Positions 1 to 10,117 are shown, numbered from the stretch's first letter. The stretch: 64,000 nt of DNA from Phycisphaerae bacterium (GCA_041661665.1 JBAZTW010000002.1:62764-126763); one strand, 5' to 3'. Made by a program: numbers and translations. The notes: a model not told the origin generated them from the letters alone.

Positions 1-1
1 T

Positions 2-1075
2 ATGACACCAAAAGACAGATTTACAGCGGCTATCAATCATAAAATACCAGATAGGGTTCCGCTGGGGTTTGCCGGCATAAACGATGAAATTGACCGGCGT
101 TTAAAGAAGCACTTCGGATTGGCAGATTCTGATAACGACGGCCTGCTTGAGTCGCTTGGGATTGACAGTCGCATGGTCTTCCCAACTTACACAGGAGCAA
201 GACTGCATTATGATTTAGGTGATATTAAAGCCGATCCCTTGTGGGGCTGGAGAACGCGTTTGATAAAAAATGATTCCGGCAGTTATTGGGACTACTGCGA
301 CTTTCCACTAAAAAACGCGACACTTGAGGATGTGGAAGCATGGCCTTTGCCAAATCCTGATGATTTTGATTACGACGGATTAATTCAGCAGTGTGAAAAA
401 TACGCGAAGTATTGTGTCATTTTTGGTAGTCCTTCAATGGCGGAGGTACTGAACTCTACCAGTTGTTTGCGAACAATGGAACAGGTACTCGTTGATTTGA
501 TCACAGATGATGAGGTTGGCCTGCGTCTTATTGACAGAAAGAATGAGGCTACCTATGGCATTATGGAACGAGTATTGGAAAAAGTCGGGGACAGAATCGA
601 CCTGATTTGGACAGGCGAAGATTTAGGTACGCAGCATTCTCCGATTATCAGCAAAGAATTATTCAGAAAGCATTTTCGTCCTCGCCATCAAAAGTACATT
701 GATCTTGCAAAAAAATACAACATTCCGGTTATGATACATAGTTGCGGTTCAAGCAGCTGGGCATTCAATGATTTCATTGATATGGGAATCCGAGTTGTAG
801 ATACGCTGCAGCCGGAGGCTCGGGACATGGCTCCCTGCTACCTCAAACAGAATTTTGGCGACAAATTAAGTTTTCACGGATGCATCTCCACGGCAGGACC
901 TCTTGCGTATGGAAGCGTTGACGATGTTGTTAAGAATGTACAAGATACATTGAACGTGATGATGCCAAATGGCGGTTATGTAATGGCTCCAACGCACCAA
1001 ATACAGGACAACAATCCTGTTGAAAATATTGTCGCTGCTTATGAGACCGTTCGAAAATATGGTGTCTACCGGTAA
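2..1075 (+). CDS. Uroporphyrinogen decarboxylase (URO-D) family protein, MtaA/CmuA-like
   Basis: 357-aa ORF from ATG at 2. N-terminal KDRF..A......DRVP and central GEDLGTQ..P.IS...F...F.P......IPVMIHSCG layout are typical of the URO-D TIM-barrel family. First gene of a same-strand glycan-utilisation cluster. Confidence 0.7.
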   Translation: MTPKDRFTAAINHKIPDRVPLGFAGINDEIDRRLKKHFGLADSDNDGLLESLGIDSRMVFPTYTGARLHYDLGDIKADPLWGWRTRLIKNDSGSYWDYCDFPLKNATLEDVEAWPLPNPDDFDYDGLIQQCEKYAKYCVIFGSPSMAEVLNSTSCLRTMEQVLVDLITDDEVGLRLIDRKNEATYGIMERVLEKVGDRIDLIWTGEDLGTQHSPIISKELFRKHFRPRHQKYIDLAKKYNIPVMIHSCGSSSWAFNDFIDMGIRVVDTLQPEARDMAPCYLKQNFGDKLSFHGCISTAGPLAYGSVDDVVKNVQDTLNVMMPNGGYVMAPTHQIQDNNPVENIVAAYETVRKYGVYR

Positions 1076-1147
1076 CATTCTTAAAAACGCCGCGTGGCAG
1101 CACTGGTATGATAACGGACTGGTTCTATAGAGGCAAAGATGTTTTTC

Positions 1148-1175
1148 GAAATCCTCTTCTTGAAATCCTCTTCTT
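1148..1175. repeat. Perfect 14-bp tandem duplication GAAATCCTCTTCTT x2
   Basis: Read directly: 1148-1161 and 1162-1175 are identical. Confidence 0.9.
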
Positions 1176-1193
1176 GAGTGTAATATAAAGGCA

Positions 1194-1312
1194 ATCTCTA
1201 AAAATTGACAATCAAACATAATAAACCTTGTTTTTGACCGGTCGCTTCCGTCTTCGCTGTGCTACGCCGCGACAGGTACGCTTGCGGCTCTGATTTACGC
1301 ATTTTTAGAGAT
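1194..1312. mobile_element. MITE-like element, copy A (119 bp) with 12-bp terminal inverted repeats ATCTCTAAAAAT / ATTTTTAGAGAT
   Basis: Terminal inverted repeats read directly. The body is homologous in reverse orientation to 53367-53454 (shared TTATGTTTGATTGTCAATTTTTAGAG, GACCGGTCGCT, CAGAGCCGC). Copy A carries about 30 extra internal bases. No ORF is conserved between copies. Confidence 0.5.
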
Positions 1313-1547
1313 ACCCTAAAGGTTAGTTTTGAAATTGTTAATCATACAATACCCGCAAAAACAAGAGCAATGCAGCATGCCTGACAAACAAGCTTGGAAA
1401 TATGAGTGAAAGCGGCTATAATAAGACCAAGTTGTATAGGTGCTCAGGTGTGCCGAGCGGTAATAAAAGAGTGTGAGTGTCGTAAATCCTCTCACTTTAA
1501 CTGGTATACGCCTATCATGAACGGCATTTTATTGGGAAAAATACATC

Positions 1548-4412
1548 ATGACAAAAAACATATCGAAGGCCAAGTGGATATGGACAAGTAAGGAAAGCAG
1601 TAAAAAATATAATCAAACGATTATTGCCAAAAAAACTTTTTCATATCACTCGGCGGTAACAAAGGCTGTTATTCGTATAACTGCCGATAGTTTCTATCGG
1701 CTCTATGTGAATAATGTATGGATCAATGATGGTCCGTGCAGAGCATGGCCTGAAAACTATTACTATGATGAACTTGATATAACACAACACCTTGTAAAAG
1801 ATTCGAATGAACTCCTCGTCGTTGCCAGATATTATGGAACAGGCGATTTTCATAGAGTTCCTATCCAGGGAGGACTTCTCGCGCAGCTCGATTTGAAGTT
1901 TTTAGACAATACCGAACAGAGTATAATCACAGACAGGTCGTGGCAGGTAAAGCAAGCCAATCAATGGATAAGTAACACCCCAAAAGCAAGTATTCAAATG
2001 GAACCGTACGAATACTACGATGCAAGACTTGAGAACTCGGGCAATTATACCGATGCGACGGAATTGTACGAGTCCGATAAGGGGCCATGGAAAGATTTGA
2101 GAAGTAGAGATGTCAGTCTGCTTACAAAAAATTATTTTGCTATTAAATCGTTAGCAGGCATGAACATTGTTGAAAATAATAAGGATAGCTGTTATTGTCT
2201 TGCCGCCGCACAACTTGTTCATCCGGAACTCATCGAAGCAAACATAAATACCAGCGTGCCGTGCGCGATTGCTTCAGAATTCGATGTCCAGCAAGATACT
2301 ACTATCAAATTTCTGACAAATGATTTTAAAGTCGCGATAGATGGCCGAATAATAGCTAATTATAAAGAGCACAGTCTGAATAAAGGAAAACATTTTGTAT
2401 TCGCGACCATTGATGATTTAACAGGGCATCAAAAGGCGCGGATATTAAGATATAGCTGCTCACAACATATTCTTTTGTCAAATCCTGTCAAGCCGCTTAA
2501 TGCGAACCCATGGTGTTTTGTAAACTTCAAAGAATTCGCTTTTGCCAAAAACGATCTGATCTGGCTGGATTTTTCTGATGAAGATAATGAGCTGGTACAA
2601 GCCAAAAGTGGTTATGCCGATTTGACTCAAAATCTGTTATGCACTATAACAAGCGCCCAGGATTTTAAAGCCAATCTTGCCAACAGATGCCAATGTCTTG
2701 ATTTTGACACGATGTTTTTTAAAGACCAAAGTTGGAAGTTCGAAAATAGAAAAGTACTCGTACCGGCAAATGCTTATGTGTTTGAGCCTTCGGCGTTGAT
2801 AAAGGATGACCAAAATGTAACGGTGGTGAATCCATCTAAAAAGGGCGATATAGAACTGGTTTATGACCTTGGAGAGCAAAACTGCGGTTATTACTCTTTC
2901 GACTTAAATGCCGATGAAGGAGTACAGATAGACATAAATGAAGTGGAATATATAACAGACAGCGGTATTGTTCAGCATACCCCGCTTTACAAAAATGGCC
3001 TGACCTATATTACCAAACAAGGTAACAATCATTTCATTTCCTTAAAGAGACGTTCAGGCAGATATCTCTTTGTCGCATTTCGAAACATGGTTGCACCTGT
3101 CAGAATTAGGAATATAAAGCTAATTGAATCAACATATCCCATTGATAAAATCGCTAATTTTGTTTGCAGCGATGAACATCTGAATAAAATTTGGGATATT
3201 TCGATTAGAACGCTGAAATTGTGCATGGAAGACACATTTACGGATTGCCCGCTCTATGAGCAAACGCTATGGGTTGGAGATGCCAGAAACGAGGCTTTAT
3301 TCGCCTTGTCTGCATTTAACAGTATAGATATTACAAAACGATGCATCAAATTAGCCGCTCAATCATTAGAGAGGTTTCCGATGATTAGCTGTCAGGTGCC
3401 TTCATGTTGGGAGACTATCATACCTGCGTGGAGTTTTCTGTGGGTAATCTCTGCATGGGATTATTATTACTACAGTGGCGATAAGGCCTTTTTGGAAGAA
3501 ATGTGGCCTGCGATAACAAAAAATCTCAAATCAGCAGAATCCTATATCGATAGCAACGGCTTGTTCAGCAGTACTTTCTGGAACTTGTTTGACTGGGCCG
3601 CTATTGACTGGAATAAGAAAAAAGTTGTTATGCACAACAGTATGCTCCTGGTTGGCGCTGTTCAAGCCGCATTAAGATGTTCGCAGGCAATAGGAATGGA
3701 TGGCGAACAAAATTGGTTGAAAAGTCTTGCTTCCCGCCTAAGCAATTCAATTAATAAATTCTGGAATGATGAAAAAAAGGCATACCCTGATAGCCTGGAT
3801 GATAATGGGCTGCCTTCAAATTCGACCTGTCAGCACACAAGCTTTCTTTCGATATTGTATGAGATAGTAGAAAAGAATCGTCTTGATGCGGCAATGAAAA
3901 ACCTGCTTGATCCCCCGAAAATAATGGTAAAGGTAGGTTCACCATTTGCCATTTTTTATCTTTATGAGGCATTGGAGAAGAGAGGCAGAGATGATGAGAT
4001 TGTAAAATCCATAATTCAGAACTATCTGCCAATGTTGGAATACGGTTCAACAACCGTTTGGGAGAGCTTTGCGGAAGGCACACTATCGCACGACACATTC
4101 CCAACCAGAAGTCATTGCCATGCATGGTCGGCCGCACCTATCTACTTTTTTACCAGAATCATACTTGGTGTTAAGGCAGTTTCTCCCGCAGGTAAGGAAA
4201 TCATAATCAGCCCAAGACCCAACGGTCTGACATTTGCCCGAGGTTCTGTTGCCACAATAAACGGGCCGGTTGAAGTGAGTTGGCGTATCAATGACAAACA
4301 AATGGAGCTAAACTACGCGCTGCCCAAGAATGCCAGTGGACATTTTATTAGGAACGATTCCCTTGACGGTCTCGAGGTAATTGTGAACGGGAAGCCATGC
4401 CAGTCACAATAA
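1548..4412 (+). CDS. Glycoside hydrolase family 78-like (alpha-L-rhamnosidase-like) six-hairpin glycosidase
   Basis: 954 aa. N-terminal AKWIW....A.IRITADSFYRLYVNN..I..GP matches the Bac_rhamnosid N-domain pattern. FTDCPLYEQTLWVGDA resembles the GH78 DCP.RE+.GW.GD motif. Confidence 0.75.
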   Translation: MTKNISKAKWIWTSKESSKKYNQTIIAKKTFSYHSAVTKAVIRITADSFYRLYVNNVWINDGPCRAWPENYYYDELDITQHLVKDSNELLVVARYYGTGDFHRVPIQGGLLAQLDLKFLDNTEQSIITDRSWQVKQANQWISNTPKASIQMEPYEYYDARLENSGNYTDATELYESDKGPWKDLRSRDVSLLTKNYFAIKSLAGMNIVENNKDSCYCLAAAQLVHPELIEANINTSVPCAIASEFDVQQDTTIKFLTNDFKVAIDGRIIANYKEHSLNKGKHFVFATIDDLTGHQKARILRYSCSQHILLSNPVKPLNANPWCFVNFKEFAFAKNDLIWLDFSDEDNELVQAKSGYADLTQNLLCTITSAQDFKANLANRCQCLDFDTMFFKDQSWKFENRKVLVPANAYVFEPSALIKDDQNVTVVNPSKKGDIELVYDLGEQNCGYYSFDLNADEGVQIDINEVEYITDSGIVQHTPLYKNGLTYITKQGNNHFISLKRRSGRYLFVAFRNMVAPVRIRNIKLIESTYPIDKIANFVCSDEHLNKIWDISIRTLKLCMEDTFTDCPLYEQTLWVGDARNEALFALSAFNSIDITKRCIKLAAQSLERFPMISCQVPSCWETIIPAWSFLWVISAWDYYYYSGDKAFLEEMWPAITKNLKSAESYIDSNGLFSSTFWNLFDWAAIDWNKKKVVMHNSMLLVGAVQAALRCSQAIGMDGEQNWLKSLASRLSNSINKFWNDEKKAYPDSLDDNGLPSNSTCQHTSFLSILYEIVEKNRLDAAMKNLLDPPKIMVKVGSPFAIFYLYEALEKRGRDDEIVKSIIQNYLPMLEYGSTTVWESFAEGTLSHDTFPTRSHCHAWSAAPIYFFTRIILGVKAVSPAGKEIIISPRPNGLTFARGSVATINGPVEVSWRINDKQMELNYALPKNASGHFIRNDSLDGLEVIVNGKPCQSQ

Positions 4413-4599
4413 ACGTAAATTTAAGCGGTTTTCTGTCTCGGCATCGCCCTAACGCTCGGGGTGTTCTCCAGCAGAGTCTGTCATTCAGAGCGATATGGAA
4501 AATAACGGAAATGAACTATAATGGCAAGTGTGAAGTGACGTTGCGTAGCCTGTCGATAAGGCCATTTACACAGTTAGATGAACAGACTCATGAGAAAGA

Positions 4600-6012
4600 A
4601 TGATGGACAAGACAACAAAAACACCTTTTTTACATATTTTTTCCTATTCGCTCGGTGATGGTGCATTTTCCCTGATGATGAATACTATCTGGGGGTTTGC
4701 GATGTTCTTCTACACGCAGGCATTGGGCATTAGGCCTGAGTTGACCGGTTTGATTTTAGCTTTGCCGATGTTTTGGGATGCCATAATCGACCCGATAATG
4801 GGATTCATTACGGACGCTACACGCAGCAGATTCGGTACACGCCATCCGCATATTCTTGTTGGCGGTGTGTTGTTGGTATTAAGCAATTTCTTTCTTTGGT
4901 ATGTGCCAAATGTTTTCCAGACAAGCCAGATGTCTATGGTTATTTATCTGATAGTAGTTAATCTGATTTCACGAACTTTCTTGGCGTGGTATTATGTGCC
5001 ATACATTGCTTTGGGATTTGAGATTAGTTCGGATTACAGCCAGCGGTCAAAAATACAAAGTGTGCGTTGTATAACGAATATGGTTTTTAATCTGCTTTTC
5101 AGTGGTATTTTAGTCTGGCGTGTCTTTCTTGTTAACAGTGAAGGTGGCCGAGATACTACCATTCAGGAAAATTATGCTCGAATGGGTTTTTGGTTCAGTA
5201 TTATCATCCTCATACTTATCCTGATAACAGTTTTCTCAACGAAGAAATATATTGTAGATAGCCGCAAATCTTCATCTGTGATGGATAAAAGTTTGAATGG
5301 GTTTGTCCGTGATATGAGGGGCATTTTCAGAGACAGGAATGCTTTGTCGGTATTTCTGTTTTACTGTACGGTCAGTTGCAGCTTCGTGTTTGTTTCGTCA
5401 ATACAGATGTATGTCTACATTTCTTTTATGGATTTAACGCCATCAGAAGCATCATATACACACAGTTCCGGCATGATCGGTTTTGCACTGGGGTCGCTTT
5501 TGGCGGGAGCAATCGCAAGGAAAATTGATAAAAAGCAAACTATATACATTGGCGCTGCAATCAATATTTTAGCTAATATCTCCTTGGGATTAATCTTCCT
5601 GACAGGCTTGTTAAACCCCCGTATGTTTCCGGTAGGCGAAACGTCTGTAGCCAGTATTGTGTTCGGGTTTTTCCAGGCTTCTTACTGGTTTGGAAGCGGC
5701 TTACTTTTGCCTGTCATATTCTCTATGGTTGCAGATATTTCAGAAATCAATCGTATAAAAACCGGTCTGAATAAGGATGGAAGTTATTCCGCTGTTCTGG
5801 CATTTATGATGAAAATAAGCAGCTCAATTGCCTTAATATTTGTCGGCAAAATACTGGCTTATATCGGTTTTGTAGTGGGACAAGATGCTCAGTATCCGGA
5901 TGTGACTTATCGGTTGACGAAAATGATGATATTTCTGGGTATCTTTTTTACTGTGTTGGCGGTGTTTTTTATAGTCAAATATCCAATAAATAGAAGTTTA
6001 TGGAAAAAATAA
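4600..6012 (+). CDS. GPH-family (MelB/glycoside-pentoside-hexuronide) cation symporter
   Basis: 470 aa, about 12 hydrophobic segments. GPH signature DAIIDPIMGFITDATRSRFGTRHP lies after TM2. Confidence 0.8.
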   Translation: MMDKTTKTPFLHIFSYSLGDGAFSLMMNTIWGFAMFFYTQALGIRPELTGLILALPMFWDAIIDPIMGFITDATRSRFGTRHPHILVGGVLLVLSNFFLWYVPNVFQTSQMSMVIYLIVVNLISRTFLAWYYVPYIALGFEISSDYSQRSKIQSVRCITNMVFNLLFSGILVWRVFLVNSEGGRDTTIQENYARMGFWFSIIILILILITVFSTKKYIVDSRKSSSVMDKSLNGFVRDMRGIFRDRNALSVFLFYCTVSCSFVFVSSIQMYVYISFMDLTPSEASYTHSSGMIGFALGSLLAGAIARKIDKKQTIYIGAAINILANISLGLIFLTGLLNPRMFPVGETSVASIVFGFFQASYWFGSGLLLPVIFSMVADISEINRIKTGLNKDGSYSAVLAFMMKISSSIALIFVGKILAYIGFVVGQDAQYPDVTYRLTKMMIFLGIFFTVLAVFFIVKYPINRSLWKK

Positions 6013-6050
6013 GAAGCGAAAATCTTTAGCGTAAAGATTAAGGTGTTATT

Positions 6051-8222
6051 ATGCCGTCTAAAAAAACTTTACTCGTTATTACTTGCTTGTTATTAACTGA
6101 AATCTCTTACGCAAAACCCTTGTCTATGCCATCAAAGTGGTTCAGCATTCCCGTCGTAGGCATAACAGAATTTGACGCGACATATGACGGCATCTCTGCC
6201 CAATACAAAGGTACAATAGCTTACAAAAACAAATTATCGTTTAAAAGTTTAGACTTTGACTTCTTTTGTCAATATCAAGGAACTGACGGCAAGGCGGTGC
6301 TGTTCCAGTTTAATAAGGAACGCCGCGACAGCAGTATTGACGATCATCATTTGCATGGCATGGAGAAATACAATCGCGGTTACGGAGTGTTGTTTGGTTC
6401 AGATGGCTCTGTTGCTATTGAAAAAACATCGGGACAAAACCAACTTGATGAGTTGTTAAACTTATGTCAAAAATACGATATGTCCCATCCTATCCATGTT
6501 CGCATTACACAGCACAAACAGGAAGACAAAATTAAGATTGGCCTGGAAATAAACCGATCAGGTAAGATTTTCAATGTCAGTGATAAGCTCGAAAAAGGTT
6601 TTAGCGACGAAGGCTATATTGGCTTAACAATTTATTCTGGACGCAGCGATGTAAGCCTGAAAAACATTAGTTATGAAGGCGAAGAGTGCGACACAGACCT
6701 TAATGAATCACCGAGGCCATTATATATGGCCGATTACTTTGAGCAGAACAATAGGCGTTTGGTTCATTGGCGTTACGATGAAGGGACGACGGACTTTGAT
6801 AAAGTTCTTATTAATTCATCAGATGGAAGATTGTTAGATACATTGCGTTACCCTCAGGATTACTGGGTTATACCTGCTGATTATACCAGTGATACTCTGT
6901 TGTTATATGCGGAAAATATTGATGGCGATATAAGTTCGCCTGTCACAGTCAGACTCAAAGACAATCACGCAGATTATTACGCCAGGCAATCGCCTGAAAG
7001 AATAACTGTGCGCAAAGGGGATGGGTTTGCCGGTTTTTATAAAAAAGACTCGAAAGAGGTTTTCTTTGTTAAAGGTATGAATTACGTCAGACTTCGTTAT
7101 GGAGACCATTGCACTTTTGAGGCTGATACAAAGGTCGGACCGGCTTGCTATGACCCATATGATGCTGAGACATTGTTTAAGTTAATGAGCAAGTATGGTT
7201 TTAACACGGTGCGTGTGTTTATATCTGGTAGGCGAATTGACAATCCCGGGGTCTCTGGATATTATGAAAATGATGGTATTTATAGTTCTTATGTGGATAA
7301 CTTTATTGATTTCGTCAGACGAGCCAAGAAATACGGTCTTTACGTTTTTCCTGCTTTCTGTGATGGAGAACTGCCGCGTAATAAATTCTATTGGGATATG
7401 ATAAAAGATGCCAAAGAGGGGCTGGTTATTGATGATGTAACAATCAGAACACACAATGCGGTATATGTTACTGTTCAGGGGCACAATGCTCGTAGCCGGT
7501 ATCTAAAAGATTTTCTCGGTTATATTAAATCAAAAGATGCCTTGCTGTTGAAATCACTACTGGCTGTGCAATGTCAGAATGAGTTGTCAATGAATGGGTT
7601 GCAATGGCCTTTTGATATTGTGGAGGGGAGTTTTAACGGGCCGGATGGAAAAGTTTATGATATGAACAATAACGACGAGCGGCAACTGCTGTTTGAAAAC
7701 TCTCTAAATAAATATCATGCCCAAATGGTAAAAGCTATAAAAGAAGTTGATTCTGAGTTATTAATTGGCGAAGGTATTTTTGTGCCTCGTATTGTTGGCA
7801 AGGATTACGACGGAGATAATTATGGCATCCGTAATATTAGCGAATCTGAAAATAGATGTCCGCCAAAGGCATTGACGGTTCTGAACAGTCCGCTGGATTT
7901 TGTTGATATACACATCTACCTCGTGGACAAAAGATATCCGTTGGCCGACAGCTATAAATATGATATGGAATCTACAGGACTATATAGCAGCAAAATGAAG
8001 GAACTGTTGAAAACAAAACCTTTTATTATGGGTGAATTTGGCTCATTCAAGTTTATGGATTCAACATTTGATAAGGCCAAAGGGAGCATCTTGAAAACTC
8101 GCAGTTTGGCCATAAAGGATAATGCGCAGGGTTATATGATGTGGACATGTGATACCTTCGAGCAAAGAAGCATCTGGCATGCAATGGAAAACGAAGACTT
8201 TTTAAAAGATTTATCCAGATAA
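6051..8222 (+). CDS. Secreted glycoside hydrolase, GH5-like catalytic domain with N-terminal accessory domain
   Basis: 723 aa with a signal peptide (MPSKKTLLVITCLLLTEISYA). GFNTVRVFI, a QNELS candidate acid/base and a MGEFGS candidate nucleophile are spaced as in clan GH-A/GH5. Confidence 0.6.
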   Translation: MPSKKTLLVITCLLLTEISYAKPLSMPSKWFSIPVVGITEFDATYDGISAQYKGTIAYKNKLSFKSLDFDFFCQYQGTDGKAVLFQFNKERRDSSIDDHHLHGMEKYNRGYGVLFGSDGSVAIEKTSGQNQLDELLNLCQKYDMSHPIHVRITQHKQEDKIKIGLEINRSGKIFNVSDKLEKGFSDEGYIGLTIYSGRSDVSLKNISYEGEECDTDLNESPRPLYMADYFEQNNRRLVHWRYDEGTTDFDKVLINSSDGRLLDTLRYPQDYWVIPADYTSDTLLLYAENIDGDISSPVTVRLKDNHADYYARQSPERITVRKGDGFAGFYKKDSKEVFFVKGMNYVRLRYGDHCTFEADTKVGPACYDPYDAETLFKLMSKYGFNTVRVFISGRRIDNPGVSGYYENDGIYSSYVDNFIDFVRRAKKYGLYVFPAFCDGELPRNKFYWDMIKDAKEGLVIDDVTIRTHNAVYVTVQGHNARSRYLKDFLGYIKSKDALLLKSLLAVQCQNELSMNGLQWPFDIVEGSFNGPDGKVYDMNNNDERQLLFENSLNKYHAQMVKAIKEVDSELLIGEGIFVPRIVGKDYDGDNYGIRNISESENRCPPKALTVLNSPLDFVDIHIYLVDKRYPLADSYKYDMESTGLYSSKMKELLKTKPFIMGEFGSFKFMDSTFDKAKGSILKTRSLAIKDNAQGYMMWTCDTFEQRSIWHAMENEDFLKDLSR

Positions 8223-8346
8223 GTGGGCCTCATAATTACCGAACGCGACCAATTAGACAAAAAGATGGAACAGAGCATATCTCATTGTAAATAAATAACT
8301 TATGGTTTTTCCAATAAACCATAATTATTGGGATGGTTCTCTTTTC

Positions 8347-8374
8347 TTGACTTTTTATGGTTTTGCTCTACAAT
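8347..8374 (+). promoter_or_regulatory. Sigma70-like promoter upstream of the STAS gene
   Basis: TTGACT (8347-8352), 16-nt spacer, TACAAT (8369-8374). AAGGAG Shine-Dalgarno lies 8 nt before the ATG at 8411. Confidence 0.5.
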
Positions 8375-8410
8375 CAAATTTTTATGGATGAAATATAAGG
8401 AGTAAAGCCA

Positions 8411-8767
8411 ATGGAACAGCTTAAACCAAGGATTAGTGTGTACTATGCCCAGAATGCTACGGTTGTTACGCTCACCGATGAGAAACTGCTTGAAGACGAC
8501 GACATCAAGGCGCTTGAAGAATCCATAATGCCTTTGGTTGACGATTCGCGGATAAATCTTGTGATAGATTTCAGCAATGTCCAGTTTTTATCAAGCGCTG
8601 TTTTGGGACTTTTGATAAGGATAAGCAAAAAGATTAGCGAAAATAAAGGCAGGCTGAAATTCTGCTGCATAAATTCGAAGATATTTGACATATTCAAAAT
8701 CACTCGGCTGGATGAGATTTTTGAAATATATGATGATGCTAAAAAGGCGCTGCAGTCGCTTAAATAG
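8411..8767 (+). CDS. STAS-domain anti-sigma-factor antagonist (SpoIIAA/RsbV-like)
   Basis: 118 aa. DFSNVQFLSSAVLGLL carries the conserved phosphorylatable Ser context. Followed by a cognate kinase-like gene. Confidence 0.8.
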   Translation: MEQLKPRISVYYAQNATVVTLTDEKLLEDDDIKALEESIMPLVDDSRINLVIDFSNVQFLSSAVLGLLIRISKKISENKGRLKFCCINSKIFDIFKITRLDEIFEIYDDAKKALQSLK

Positions 8768-8835
8768 CAGCCGATGGTTCGTTTTTCTGTTTGCATAAGT
8801 TATGTTATTGTTTTTTTGAGACGATATACGGTTTC

Positions 8836-9261
8836 ATGACAATAAAAGTATTCAACCATGAAAAGATAGTTTCAAAGGGTATAATATCGGAGTTGAGGAA
8901 GATATGCTCCCGTATTCTCTGCCATGCTAATGTTCTGGGCTATTCCAAAGACGACCAGTTTGCTATTCATTTGGCATTAGAGGAAGCCGTTGTCAACGCT
9001 GTTAGGCATGGCAACAAGCAGGACACTGAAAAGGACGTTGTTATAGAATATGAACTAAGCCCAGAAAAAATTGAGCTTTGGGTTACCGATCAGGGCGGGG
9101 GGTTTAAGCTGGACGATGTTGCAGACCCTCGTTCAGGCGAGAATATTTACAAGGCCGGCGGCAGGGGAGTTTTGCTCATAAAGTCCTATATGAACAGTGT
9201 TGAGTACAATAAGACCGGTAATTCCGTGCATATGACTAAATTAAACAGCAAACCGGCATAA
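8836..9261 (+). CDS. Anti-sigma regulatory factor, HATPase_c Ser kinase (SpoIIAB/RsbW-like)
   Basis: N-box EEAVVNAVRHGN, G1 DQGGGF, G2 GGRGVLLI. ATG at 8836 is preferred over the upstream extension of the track ORF (8791). Confidence 0.75.
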   Translation: MTIKVFNHEKIVSKGIISELRKICSRILCHANVLGYSKDDQFAIHLALEEAVVNAVRHGNKQDTEKDVVIEYELSPEKIELWVTDQGGGFKLDDVADPRSGENIYKAGGRGVLLIKSYMNSVEYNKTGNSVHMTKLNSKPA

Positions 9262-9282
9262 TATTTTCACTCCATTTGCTTT

Positions 9283-9332
9283 ACTCCAGTTTAGTTCTTA
9301 TGTTTTTCGCATAGAACGAGTTTAACTGGAGT
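9283..9332 (+). promoter_or_regulatory. Long stem-loop whose 3' arm contains the amidase Shine-Dalgarno
   Basis: ACTCCAGTT (9283-9291) pairs with AACTGGAGT (9324-9332), plus an inner GTTCT(T)ATG/CATAGAAC stem. GGAG (9328-9331) lies 6 nt before the ATG at 9338. Confidence 0.35.
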
Positions 9333-9337
9333 GGACA

Positions 9338-10054
9338 ATGTTTAAGAAAATAGCAGCAAGATGTATCGTTTCGGTTGGGTTGGCATCTGTAGCGGTTTTG
9401 TTTGTCGGTTGTGCGGACGAGGAGTCCTATACGCCTCAAATATCGGGCGTTGTTTCCGGCCTTCATCACAGTTCGGGATATTCATCCTCCTACAGCGCAA
9501 GACCAAAGACGACTTATTCGTCAACTTATTCATCGAGCAGTTACAAGCCTTATAAGCCGCAGTCGAATTCAGGCTCATCCGCTTACGGCTGGGTTCCTTC
9601 TCACGCCAGCGAAAGAAGATGGAAAGCAATAGTAATCCATAATTCAGCAACGGCCAGCGGCAATATGGCAACCATTGACTCAGCTCATCGTGCCAACGGC
9701 TGGGATGGCGTAGGTTATGACTTTGTTATCGGCAACGGTTCAGGCAGCAGCAATGGCCAAATTGAGCCGACCTTCCGCTGGACAGGCCAGAAAACAGGAG
9801 CGCATTGCAAAACAGACGCATCGAACTGGGCAAACGAAAACGCAATAGGCATTTGCCTGATTGGTAACTTTAATAATACCAGGCCGACCGCCTCGCAGAT
9901 GACAGCGGTTAACAAACTTGTCAAATTTCTGATGAATAGATATGGTATTCCTGCTTCTAAAGTATATGGGCATAAAGAAGTTCCGGGCCACATTACAGCG
10001 ACAGATTGCCCCGGCAGAAACTTTTCTATGAGTTCTTTTAGGGCTGGGCTGTAA
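9338..10054 (+). CDS. Lipoprotein N-acetylmuramoyl-L-alanine amidase (Amidase_2/PGRP fold)
   Basis: Lipobox LFVGC, Ser/Tyr-rich linker, then IVIHNSAT....ID..H...GW.G.GYDFVIGNG and TDCPG, typical of AmpD-type amidases. Confidence 0.8.
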   Translation: MFKKIAARCIVSVGLASVAVLFVGCADEESYTPQISGVVSGLHHSSGYSSSYSARPKTTYSSTYSSSSYKPYKPQSNSGSSAYGWVPSHASERRWKAIVIHNSATASGNMATIDSAHRANGWDGVGYDFVIGNGSGSSNGQIEPTFRWTGQKTGAHCKTDASNWANENAIGICLIGNFNNTRPTASQMTAVNKLVKFLMNRYGIPASKVYGHKEVPGHITATDCPGRNFSMSSFRAGL

Positions 10055-10086
10055 AAAGGTAATAATTGTTAGTTGATAATATATTA

Positions 10087-10117
10087 AACCGCCGGCGTTA
10101 AAACCGGCGGTTTTTTT
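10087..10117 (+). terminator. Rho-independent terminator after the amidase gene
   Basis: AACCGCCGG (10087-10095) / CCGGCGGTT (10104-10112) perfect 9-bp stem, 8-nt loop, T7 run. Confidence 0.8.
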
